Shown here in pieces: positions 49,701 to 61,700 of a DNA stretch of 64,000 nt. Under the pieces are notes generated by a model. The model saw nothing but the letters and a program-made list of their open reading frames with translations, searched no databases and was not told where the DNA came from. The stretch is from contig JANHCV010000002.1 in assembly GCA_025594325.1 (NCBI GenBank), positions 2,777,634 to 2,841,633 of the forward strand. The letters are read 5' to 3'. Each line of letters opens with the position of its first letter. The first letter of the stretch is position 1. A program made the position numbers and the translations under genes. This stretch comes from Blastocladiella emersonii ATCC 22665 (Eukaryota; Fungi; Blastocladiomycota).

Positions 49701-52700
49701 GATTTGAATATCTGGCGCTTTGGTTCCTCGCCCACCTGGACGTGAGGGTATGCGAAGATTTGGCTGAGTATGGTTATGTTTGAGTACCATGACAATTATC
49801 AGCGTGGCGGGTTTGATACGTCCCGATCGTCAGTCAGGTGTTTTCTTGGTTCAATACTGTGATTTATAGGCCCTTGCCCACCTGGACATGGGGCACTCGA
49901 AGATTTGACTATGGTTTTGTTTGAGTACCATGACAATTATCTACGTGCCTGGTTTACGATATTTCTTTGGTCAGATATTGCGTTGCTGTGATACTGTGAT
50001 TTATGGGTCCCTGGCTAGCTGGACAAGCGGGAAGTGAAAGATTTGAATATGGTTTTGTTTGAGTATCAAGACAATTACCTACGCGGTCGGTTATATATAC
50101 TCATGTGGTCAGATATTTCGTTGGTATGATACTGTGATTTATGGGTGTCCAACCTGCTGGACATGTGGGAAGTCGAAGATTTGAGTATGGTTTTGTTTGA
50201 GTACCATGACAGTTGCCAGAGTGGCTGGTTTACTATACTTCTATGGTCAGATATACTGTTGCTTTGACGTTACGATTTATGGGTCCTCAACCAGCTGGAC
50301 ATGCAGGAAAGCAAAGATTTGAATATGGTTTTGATTGAGTACCATGACAATTATCCGCGTGGCTGTTTTACCATATTTCTGTCGTCAGATACTTTGTTGG
50401 TTCGATACTGTGATTTATGGGTCCCTGGCCAGCTGGACATGCGGGAAGTCAAGGTTTTGAATATGGTTTTGTTTGAGTACCATGACAATTATGTACGAGG
50501 CTGGTTTACTATCTTTCCGTTGTCAAATATTTAGTTGGGTCGATACTGTGATTTATGGGTCCCTGGCTAGCTGGACAAGCGTGTAGTCAAAGATTTGAAT
50601 ATGGTTTTGTTCGACTACCATGACAATTGTCTACGTGGCTGGTTTGGTACGGCCCTATCATCGGTCAATTCATTGCGTGCGTATTGTGATTCGTGGAGGG
50701 TCCGATTGGGCCGGACATCCCCCTCTCTGCTGTCCAGACTACGTTCCATGAAATACATGATCCATTGCGTGAGCAACGTTCCTAGCTTGCCCGCCCGCAT
50801 GCGCGCTACGTCCGCCCACCCACCCACCCACCTAGGCCAGACAGGAAGGAAAGGGGACCCCAAGAGCCCCACGACACCACTTTAGCTCCACTACCACCCG
50901 CCAAGGCGCACGCAGCGACACCCGCAGCCATGCCATGGCGTTGGTGGGTGGATGGTGGCCAGCCAATCCTCATCACGCACGACACGTATGAAGGTCTGCC
51001 TGCATCCACCCATCCATTCATTCAACACACCCTCCCTCACGCACCCCTTCACTCGTGCTGTTTGACAGCCAGCTAGCCAGGTCCTGCTGCTGCTACCTAT
51101 CTACCCTGCCCGCCTCCCACGCCCGCCGCGTCCTGAGCCAGGCAGGGCTGTGCTGCGATTAATGGCCGCGGCCAGTCCACGGTATTGGTACCCATGCAGT
51201 ACGTTCCATGGCCGCCCGGCCACCCTAGCTTGGTGCTTGTGTGTCACTTGGTCACCTTGGTCACCGTGGTCACCTTGGTCACCTTGGTCACTTGGTCACC
51301 TTGGTCACTTGGTCACTTGGCGCTTGTGATGGAGGTCTAATCCAGGCACGCACGGACACAGGCACGCACGGACACAGGCCCGCACGCCCACACGCTCTCC
51401 TGCCAGGAGCATGTGGTGTGTGGGTCATTCACCATTCAGTTTGTCGTCCCTAGCACTCCTTGGCCCCAGCACTGTCTCCTTCCTGCAGCAGGAGCCCTGC
51501 CGCCTCAGCCCTCCGCAGCCAGCCCTCTGCAGCCCTGTGAAGCAGTACGGCTGCTACGCTGTTTCCAAGGTACGGTGGCCAGGGCGACGCAGGTGCTGTG
51601 GTGTTGCTTGCCACTTGGCTGGCAACAGGGGCTGGCGCACCCATCAATCAATCAACGGCACCGGGAGGGCAGGCAGGCGCACCCGTTGGAGCGAGTAGCA
51701 AGCCTGGATGATAAATCATTGTTGAGTTGAGGACGCCTTGCATGCCTGCCGTTCATGCGAGTGTGTGTGACACCAGGGTGGCCGTTTGCGCCGTGTGCGC
51801 ACCGCGGGGTGCGTCGGGCGCTGTGTGCTGTGCGCGCTGCACGGTGCGCGGTGTACGTCCGTCAGCGGGTAAGTGGTTTCACGCGGATAGACCGAGGAGC
51901 TGCTCGGAACCCTCTTTATTTTGGAACCAATGCATTTATTCCTTAACTGCGGTTGTGAACTGCAACCAGAATATCCACTGTGCAACGGGCAGCAGCCTTT
52001 TTGTGGGCAAGCCGCAGTACGACAAGCCCGGACCGTGCACGTCGAGGAGCATAGGGGGAAGAATTGTGGGAGGAGAGGGGAGTACGAGAGAGATGGGCGA
52101 ACGAGGCGAAGAGAGAGCGAGCTCGAGCAGCGAGCTAAGAGAGCGAACGAAGAGCAGTAAAGAGAGACCGAGCAGAGAGACACGCTGGCGTGACCAGCTA
52201 GAGCGCGAGGACATGCCAATGGACCAGTGGCAGTGCTGTGGTATTGGGCATGGCCTGTGAGGTTCGTCAGATGTTTTTCCATCTTTTTGTGCGGACGTTC
52301 TTCTTGTTGCGTTTCTCTTTATTTTGTTTTTCTCCTTCTTTTTCTTTTTCTTTTGTGCGTCAGCGCCATTCAGTGGCGGATCATGCGTTTCATCGTGGTC
52401 AGAACGAGAGAAAGTGGATGGGTCAGTACCGCGCGCAAACACCTGGTGCCACTGGACTTGCGTCGACTGCGCCGATCCTTGGTCTAGTCACATCACCGAA
52501 TGTGCCTTGGGGAACCGAGCAACCAAAGTCGGACGGAGGGATCTGCAACAAGAGCCGCTTGGGCCGCGGCTGCTCGGAACCCTCCTTGGCCCATCATCAT
52601 GCAGGACTTGGAGTGGACAGCAGAGCCGGCAGCCAGGAGGAGACTGGTCGTGTATTGACTAACAAAGTCGTCCCAGACTACCTACGAGATAGATAATATC

Positions 52701-55700
52701 TACTGGGTGGGCGCTGTCAGTCAGGCTGTCAGTGTGGCAGGCTGCCAGGCTGCCAGGGCTCATCATTCATTCGTTTGTTGGCTGGGACGGCAACCAGAGA
52801 GCGCGGGCCCCCAATGACTTGCGAGGCGGTGTGGGTGTTCGGATAGCAGGTAGGCAAGGTGGCAGGTTGACAGGTTGGCAGGTTGGCAGGCTGGCAGGCT
52901 GGCAGGCTGGCAGGTTGGCAGGCTGGCAGGTTGGCTGTTTACTTAGTTGATTGGACCGTGCACTTTGACGACGGGCTCCATTATTAGGGGATCGAAGAGT
53001 TGGCTAGTGGAGTGTGCACAAAGCGGTAGATTTGAATATCTGGCGCTTTGGTTCCTCGCCCACCTGGACGTGAGGGTATGCGAAGATTTGGCTGAGTATG
53101 GTTATGTTTGAGTACCATGACAATTATCAGCGTGGCGGGTTTGATACATCCCGATCGTCAGTCAGGTGTTTTCTTGGTTCAATACTGTGATTTATAGGCC
53201 CTTGCCCACCTGGACATGGGGCACTCGAAGATTTGACTATGGTTTTGTTTGAGTACCATGACAATTATCTACGTGCCTGGTTTACGATATTTCTTTGGTC
53301 AGATATTGCGTTGCTGTGATACTGTGATTTATGGGTCCCTGGCTAGCTGGACAAGCGGGAAGTGAAAGATTTGAATATGGTTTTGTTTGAGTATCAAGAC
53401 AATTACCTACGCGGTCGGTTATATATACTCATGTGGTCAGATATTTCGTTGGTTTGATACTGTGATTTATGGGTGTCCAACCTGCTGGACATGTGGGAAG
53501 TCGAAGATTTGAGTATGGTTTTGTTTGAGTACCATGACAGTTGCCAGAGTGGCTGGTTTACTATACTTCTATGGTCAGATATACTGTTGCTTTGACGTTA
53601 CGATTTATGGGTCCTCAACCAGCTGGACATGCAGGAAAGCAAAGATTTGAATATGGTTTTGATTGAGTACCATGACAATTATCCGCGTGGCTGTTTTACC
53701 ATATTTCTGTCGTCAGATACTTTGTTGGTTCGATACTGTGATTTATGGGTCCCTGGCCAGCTGGACATGCGGGAAGTCAAGGTTTTGAATATGGTTTTGT
53801 TTGAGTACCATGACAATTATGTACGAGGCTGGTTTACTATCTTTCCGTTGTCAAATATTTAGTTGGGTCGATACTGTGATTTATGGGTCCCTGGCTAGCT
53901 GGACAAGCGTGTAGTCAAAGATTTGAATATGGTTTTGTTCGACTACCATGACAATTGTCTACGTGGCTGGTTTGGTACGGCCCTATCATCGGTCAATTCA
54001 TTGCGTGCGTATTGTGATTCGTGGAGGGTCCGATTGGGCCGGACATCCCCCTCTCTGCTGTCCAGACTACGTTCCATGAAATACATGATCCATTGCGTGA
54101 GCAACGTTCCTAGCTTGCCCGCCCGCATGCGCGCTACGTCCGCCCACCCACCCACCCACCTAGGCCAGACAGGAAGGAAAGGGGACCCCAAGAGCCCCAC
54201 GACACCACTTTAGCTCCACTACCACCCGCCAAGGCGCACGCAGCGACACCCGCAGCCATGCCATGGCGTTGGTGGGTGGATGGTGGCCAGCCAATCCTCA
54301 TCACGCACGACACGTATGAAGGTCTGCCTGCATCCACCCATCCATTCATTCAACACACCCTCCCTCACGCACCCCTTCACTCGTGCTGTTTGACAGCCAG
54401 CTAGCCAGGTCCTGCTGCTGCTACCTATCTACCCTGCCCGCCTCCCACGCCCGCCGCGTCCTGAGCCAGGCAGGGCTGTGCTGCGATTAATGGCCGCGGC
54501 CAGTCCACGGTATTGGTACCCATGCAGTACGTTCCATGGCCGCCCGGCCACCCTAGCTTGGTGCTTGTGTGTCACTTGGTCACCTTGGTCACCGTGGTCA
54601 CCTTGGTCACCTTGGTCACTTGGTCACCTTGGTCACTTGGTCACTTGGCGCTTGTGATGGAGGTCTAATCCAGGCACGCACGGACACAGGCACGCACGGA
54701 CACAGGCCCGCACGCCCACACGCTCTCCTGCCAGGAGCATGTGGTGTGTGGGTCATTCACCATTCAGTTTGTCGTCCCTAGCACTCCTTGGCCCCAGCAC
54801 TGTCTCCTTCCTGCAGCAGGAGCCCTGCCGCCTCAGCCCTCCGCAGCCAGCCCTCTGCAGCCCTGTGAAGCAGTACGGCTGCTACGCTGTTTCCAAGGTA
54901 CGGTGGCCAGGGCGACGCAGGTGCTGTGGTGTTGCTTGCCACTTGGCTGGCAACAGGGGCTGGCGCACCCATCAATCAATCAACGGCACCGGGAGGGCAG
55001 GCAGGCGCACCCGTTGGAGCGAGTAGCAAGCCTGGATGATAAATCATTGTTGAGTTGAGGACGCCTTGCATGCCTGCCGTTCATGCGAGTGTGTGTGACA
55101 CCAGGGTGGCCGTTTGCGCCGTGTGCGCACCGCGGGGTGCGTCGGGCGCTGTGTGCTGTGCGCGCTGCACGGTGCGCGGTGTACGTCCGTCAGCGGGTAA
55201 GTGGTTTCACGCGGATAGACCGGGGAGCTGCTCGGAACCCTCTTTATTTTGGAACCAATGCATTTATTCCTTAACTGCGGTTGTGAACTGCAACCAGAAT
55301 ATCCACTGTGCAACGGGCAGCAGCCTTTTTGTGGGCAAGCCGCAGTACGACAAGCCCGGACCGTGCACGTCGAGGAGCATAGGGGGAAGAATTGTGGGAG
55401 GAGAGGGGAGTACGAGAGAGATGGGCGAACGAGGCGAAGAGAGAGCGAGCTCGAGCAGCGAGCTAAGAGAGCGAACGAAGAGCAGTAAAGAGAGACCGAG
55501 CAGAGAGACACGCTGGCGTGACCAGCTAGAGCGCGAGGACATGCCAATGGACCAGTGGCAGTGCTGTGGTATTGGGCATGGCCTGTGAGGTTCGTCAGAT
55601 GTTTTTCCATCTTTTTGTGCGGACGTTCTTCTTTTTGCGTTTCTCTTTATTTTGTTTTTCTCCTTCTTTTTCTTTTTCTTTTGTGCGTCAGCGCCATTCA

Positions 55701-58700
55701 GTGGCGGATCATGCGTTTCATCGTGGTCAGAACGAGAGAAAGTGGATGGGTCAGTACCGCGCGCAAACACCTGGTGCCACTGGACTTGCGTCGACTGCGC
55801 CGATCCTTGGTCTAGTCACATCACCGAATGTGCCTTGGGGAACCGAGCAACCAAAGTCGGACGGAGGGATCTGCAACAAGAGCCGCTTGGGCCGCGGCTG
55901 CTCGGAACCCTCCTTGGCCCATCATCATGCAGGACTTGGAGTGGACAGCAGAGCCGGCAGCCAGGAGGAGACTGGTCGTGTATTGACTAACAAAGTCGTC
56001 CCAGACTACCTACGAGATAGATAATATCTACTGGGTGGGCGCTGTCAGTCAGGCTGTCAGTGTGGCAGGCTGCCAGGCTGCCAGGGCTCATCATTCATTC
56101 GTTTGTTGGCTGGGACGGCAACCAGAGAGCGCGGGCCCCCAATGACTTGCGAGGCGGTGTGGGTGTTCGGATAGCAGGTAGGCAAGGTGGCAGGTTGACA
56201 GGTTGGCAGGTTGGCAGGCTGGCAGGCTGGCAGGCTGGCAGGTTGGCAGGCTGGCAGGTTGGCTGTTTACTTAGTTGATTGGACCGTGCACTTTGACGAC
56301 GGGCTCCATTATTAGGGGATCGAAGAGTTGGCTAGTGGAGTGTGCACAAAGCGGTAGATTTGAATATCTGGCGCTTTGGTTCCTTGCCCACCTGGACGTG
56401 AGGGTATGCGAAGATTTGGCTGAGTATGGTTATGTTTGAGTACCATGACAATTATCAGCGTGGCGGGTTTGATACATCCCGATCGTCAGTCAGGTGTTTT
56501 CTTGGTTCAATACTGTGATTTATAGGCCCTTGCCCACCTGGACATGGGGCACTCGAAGATTTGACTATGGTTTTGTTTGAGTACCATGACAATTATCTAC
56601 GTGCCTGGTTTACGATATTTCTTTGGTCAGATATTGCGTTGCTGTGATACTGTGATTTATGGGTCCCTGGCTAGCTGGACAAGCGGGAAGTGAAAGATTT
56701 GAATATGGTTTTGTTTGAGTATCAAGACAATTACCTACGCGGTCGGTTATATATACTCATGTGGTCAGATATTTCGTTGGTTTGATACTGTGATTTATGG
56801 GTGTCCAACCTGCTGGACATGTGGGAAGTCGAAGATTTGAGTATGGTTTTGTTTGAGTACCATGACAGTTGCCAGAGTGGCTGGTTTACTATACTTCTAT
56901 GGTCAGATATACTGTTGCTTTGACGTTACGATTTATGGGTCCTCAACCAGCTGGACATGCAGGAAAGCAAAGATTTGAATATGGTTTTGATTGAGTACCA
57001 TGACAATTATCCGCGTGGCTGTTTTACCATATTTCTGTCGTCAGATACTTTGTTGGTTCGATACTGTGATTTATGGGTCCCTGGCCAGCTGGACATGCGG
57101 GAAGTCAAGGTTTTGAATATGGTTTTGTTTGAGTACCATGACAATTATGTACGAGGCTGGTTTACTATCTTTCCGTTGTCAAATATTTAGTTGGGTCGAT
57201 ACTGTGATTTATGGGTCCCTGGCTAGCTGGACAAGCGTGTAGTCAAAGATTTGAATATGGTTTTGTTCGACTACCATGACAATTGTCTACGTGGCTGGTT
57301 TGGTACGGCCCTATCATCGGTCAATTCATTGCGTGCGTATTGTGATTCGTGGAGGGTCCGATTGGGCCGGACATCCCCCTCTCTGCTGTCCAGACTACGT
57401 TCCATGAAATACATGATCCATTGCGTGAGCAACGTTCCTAGCTTGCCCGCCCGCATGCGCGCTACGTCCGCCCACCCACCCACCCACCTAGGCCAGACAG
57501 GAAGGAAAGGGGACCCCAAGAGCCCCACGACACCACTTTAGCTCCACTACCACCCGCCAAGGCGCACGCAGCGACACCCGCAGCCATGCCATGGCGTTGG
57601 TGGGTGGATGGTGGCCAGCCAATCCTCATCACGCACGACACGTATGAAGGTCTGCCTGCATCCACCCATCCATTCATTCAACACACCCTCCCTCACGCAC
57701 CCCTTCACTCGTGCTGTTTGACAGCCAGCTAGCCAGGTCCTGCTGCTGCTACCTATCTACCCTGCCCGCCTCCCACGCCCGCCGCGTCCTGAGCCAGGCA
57801 GGGCTGTGCTGCGATTAATGGCCGCGGCCAGTCCACGGTATTGGTACCCATGCAGTACGTTCCATGGCCGCCCGGCCACCCTAGCTTGGTGCTTGTGTGT
57901 CACTTGGTCACCTTGGTCACCGTGGTCACCTTGGTCACCTTGGTCACTTGGTCACCTTGGTCACTTGGTCACTTGGCGCTTGTGATGGAGGTCTAATCCA
58001 GGCACGCACGGACACAGGCACGCACGGACACAGGCCCGCACGCCCACACGCTCTCCTGCCAGGAGCATGTGGTGTGTGGGTCATTCACCATTCAGTTTGT
58101 CGTCCCTAGCACTCCTTGGCCCCAGCACTGTCTCCTTCCTGCAGCAGGAGCCCTGCCGCCTCAGCCCTCCGCAGCCAGCCCTCTGCAGCCCTGTGAAGCA
58201 GTACGGCTGCTACGCTGTTTCCAAGGTACGGTGGCCAGGGCGACGCAGGTGCTGTGGTGTTGCTTGCCACTTGGCTGGCAACAGGGGCTGGCGCACCCAT
58301 CAATCAATCAACGGCACCGGGAGGGCAGGCAGGCGCACCCGTTGGAGCGAGTAGCAAGCCTGGATGATAAATCATTGTTGAGTTGAGGACGCCTTGCATG
58401 CCTGCCGTTCATGCGAGTGTGTGTGACACCAGGGTGGCCGTTTGCGCCGTGTGCGCACCGCGGGGTGCGTCGGGCGCTGTGTGCTGTGCGCGCTGCACGG
58501 TGCGCGGTGTACGTCCGTCAGCGGGTAAGTGGTTTCACGCGGATAGACCGGGGAGCTGCTCGGAACCCTCTTTATTTTGGAACCAATGCATTTATTCCTT
58601 AACTGCGGTTGTGAACTGCAACCAGAATATCCACTGTGCAACGGGCAGCAGCCTTTTTGTGGGCAAGCCGCAGTACGACAAGCCCGGACCGTGCACGTCG

Positions 58701-61700
58701 AGGAGCATAGGGGGAAGAATTGTGGGAGGAGAGGGGAGTACGAGAGAGATGGGCGAACGAGGCGAAGAGAGAGCGAGCTCGAGCAGCGAGCTAAGAGAGC
58801 GAACGAAGAGCAGTAAAGAGAGACCGAGCAGAGAGACACGCTGGCGTGACCAGCTAGAGCGCGAGGACATGCCAATGGACCAGTGGCAGTGCTGTGGTAT
58901 TGGGCATGGCCTGTGAGGTTCGTCAGATGTTTTTCCATCTTTTTGTGCGGACGTTCTTCTTTTTGCGTTTCTCTTTATTTTGTTTTTCTCCTTCTTTTTC
59001 TTTTTCTTTTGTGCGTCAGCGCCATTCAGTGGCGGATCATGCGTTTCATCGTGGTCAGAACGAGAGAAAGTGGATGGGTCAGTACCGCGCGCAAACACCT
59101 GGTGCCACTGGACTTGCGTCGACTGCGCCGATCCTTGGTCTAGTCACATCACCGAATGTGCCTTGGGGAACCGAGCAACCAAAGTCGGACGGAGGGATCT
59201 GCAACAAGAGCCGCTTGGGCCGCGGCTGCTCGGAACCCTCCTTGGCCCATCATCATGCAGGACTTGGAGTGGACAGCAGAGCCGGCAGCCAGGAGGAGAC
59301 TGGTCGTGTATTGACTAACAAAGTCGTCCCAGACTACCTACGAGATAGATAATATCTACTGGGTGGGCGCTGTCAGTCAGGCTGTCAGTGTGGCAGGCTG
59401 CCAGGCTGCCAGGGCTCATCATTCATTCGTTTGTTGGCTGGGACGGCAACCAGAGAGCGCGGGCCCCCAATGACTTGCGAGGCGGTGTGGGTGTTCGGAT
59501 AGCAGGTAGGCAAGGTGGCAGGTTGACAGGTTGGCAGGTTGGCAGGCTGGCAGGCTGGCAGGCTGGCAGGTTGGCAGGCTGGCAGGTTGGCTGTTTACTT
59601 AGTTGATTGGACCGTGCACTTTGACGACGGGCTCCATTATTAGGGGATCGAAGAGTTGGCTAGTGGAGTGTGCACAAAGCGGTAGATTTGAATATCTGGC
59701 GCTTTGGTTCCTCGCCCACCTGGACGTGAGGGTATGCGAAGATTTGGCTGAGTATGGTTATGTTTGAGTACCATGACAATTATCAGCGTGGCGGGTTTGA
59801 TACATCCCGATCGTCAGTCAGGTGTTTTCTTGGTTCAATACTGTGATTTATAGGCCCTTGCCCACCTGGACATGGGGCACTCGAAGATTTGACTATGGTT
59901 TTGTTTGAGTACCATGACAATTATCTACGTGCCTGGTTTACGATATTTCTTTGGTCAGATATTGCGTTGCTGTGATACTGTGATTTATGGGTCCCTGGCT
60001 AGCTGGACAAGCGGGAAGTGAAAGATTTGAATATGGTTTTGTTTGAGTATCAAGACAATTACCTACGCGGTCGGTTATATATACTCATGTGGTCAGATAT
60101 TTCGTTGGTATGATACTGTGATTTATGGGTGTCCAACCTGCTGGACATGTGGGAAGTCGAAGATTTGAGTATGGTTTTGTTTGAGTACCATGACAGTTGC
60201 CAGAGTGGCTGGTTTACTATACTTCTATGGTCAGATATACTGTTGCTTTGACGTTACGATTTATGGGTCCTCAACCAGCTGGACATGCAGGAAAGCAAAG
60301 ATTTGAATATGGTTTTGATTGAGTACCATGACAATTATCCGCGTGGCTGTTTTACCATATTTCTGTCGTCAGATACTTTGTTGGTTCGATACTGTGATTT
60401 ATGGGTCCCTGGCCAGCTGGACATGCGGGAAGTCAAGGTTTTGAATATGGTTTTGTTTGAGTACCATGACAATTATGTACGAGGCTGGTTTACTATCTTT
60501 CCGTTGTCAAATATTTAGTTGGGTCGATACTGTGATTTATGGGTCCCTGGCTAGCTGGACAAGCGTGTAGTCAAAGATTTGAATATGGTTTTGTTCGACT
60601 ACCATGACAATTGTCTACGTGGCTGGTTTGGTACGGCCCTATCATCGGTCAATTCATTGCGTGCGTATTGTGATTCGTGGAGGGTCCGATTGGGCCGGAC
60701 ATCCCCCTCTCTGCTGTCCAGACTACGTTCCATGAAATACATGATCCATTGCGTGAGCAACGTTCCTAGCTTGCCCGCCCGCATGCGCGCTACGTCCGCC
60801 CACCCACCCACCCACCTAGGCCAGACAGGAAGGAAAGGGGACCCCAAGAGCCCCACGACACCACTTTAGCTCCACTACCACCCGCCAAGGCGCACGCAGC
60901 GACACCCGCAGCCATGCCATGGCGTTGGTGGGTGGATGGTGGCCAGCCAATCCTCATCACGCACGACACGTATGAAGGTCTGCCTGCATCCACCCATCCA
61001 TTCATTCAACACACCCTCCCTCACGCACCCCTTCACTCGTGCTGTTTGACAGCCAGCTAGCCAGGTCCTGCTGCTGCTACCTATCTACCCTGCCCGCCTC
61101 CCACGCCCGCCGCGTCCTGAGCCAGGCAGGGCTGTGCTGCGATTAATGGCCGCGGCCAGTCCACGGTATTGGTACCCATGCAGTACGTTCCATGGCCGCC
61201 CGGCCACCCTAGCTTGGTGCTTGTGTGTCACTTGGTCACCTTGGTCACCGTGGTCACCTTGGTCACCTTGGTCACTTGGTCACCTTGGTCACTTGGTCAC
61301 TTGGCGCTTGTGATGGAGGTCTAATCCAGGCACGCACGGACACAGGCACGCACGGACACAGGCCCGCACGCCCACACGCTCTCCTGCCAGGAGCATGTGG
61401 TGTGTGGGTCATTCACCATTCAGTTTGTCGTCCCTAGCACTCCTTGGCCCCAGCACTGTCTCCTTCCTGCAGCAGGAGCCCTGCCGCCTCAGCCCTCCGC
61501 AGCCAGCCCTCTGCAGCCCTGTGAAGCAGTACGGCTGCTACGCTGTTTCCAAGGTACGGTGGCCAGGGCGACGCAGGTGCTGTGGTGTTGCTTGCCACTT
61601 GGCTGGCAACAGGGGCTGGCGCACCCATCAATCAATCAACGGCACCGGGAGGGCAGGCAGGCGCACCCGTTGGAGCGAGTAGCAAGCCTGGATGATAAAT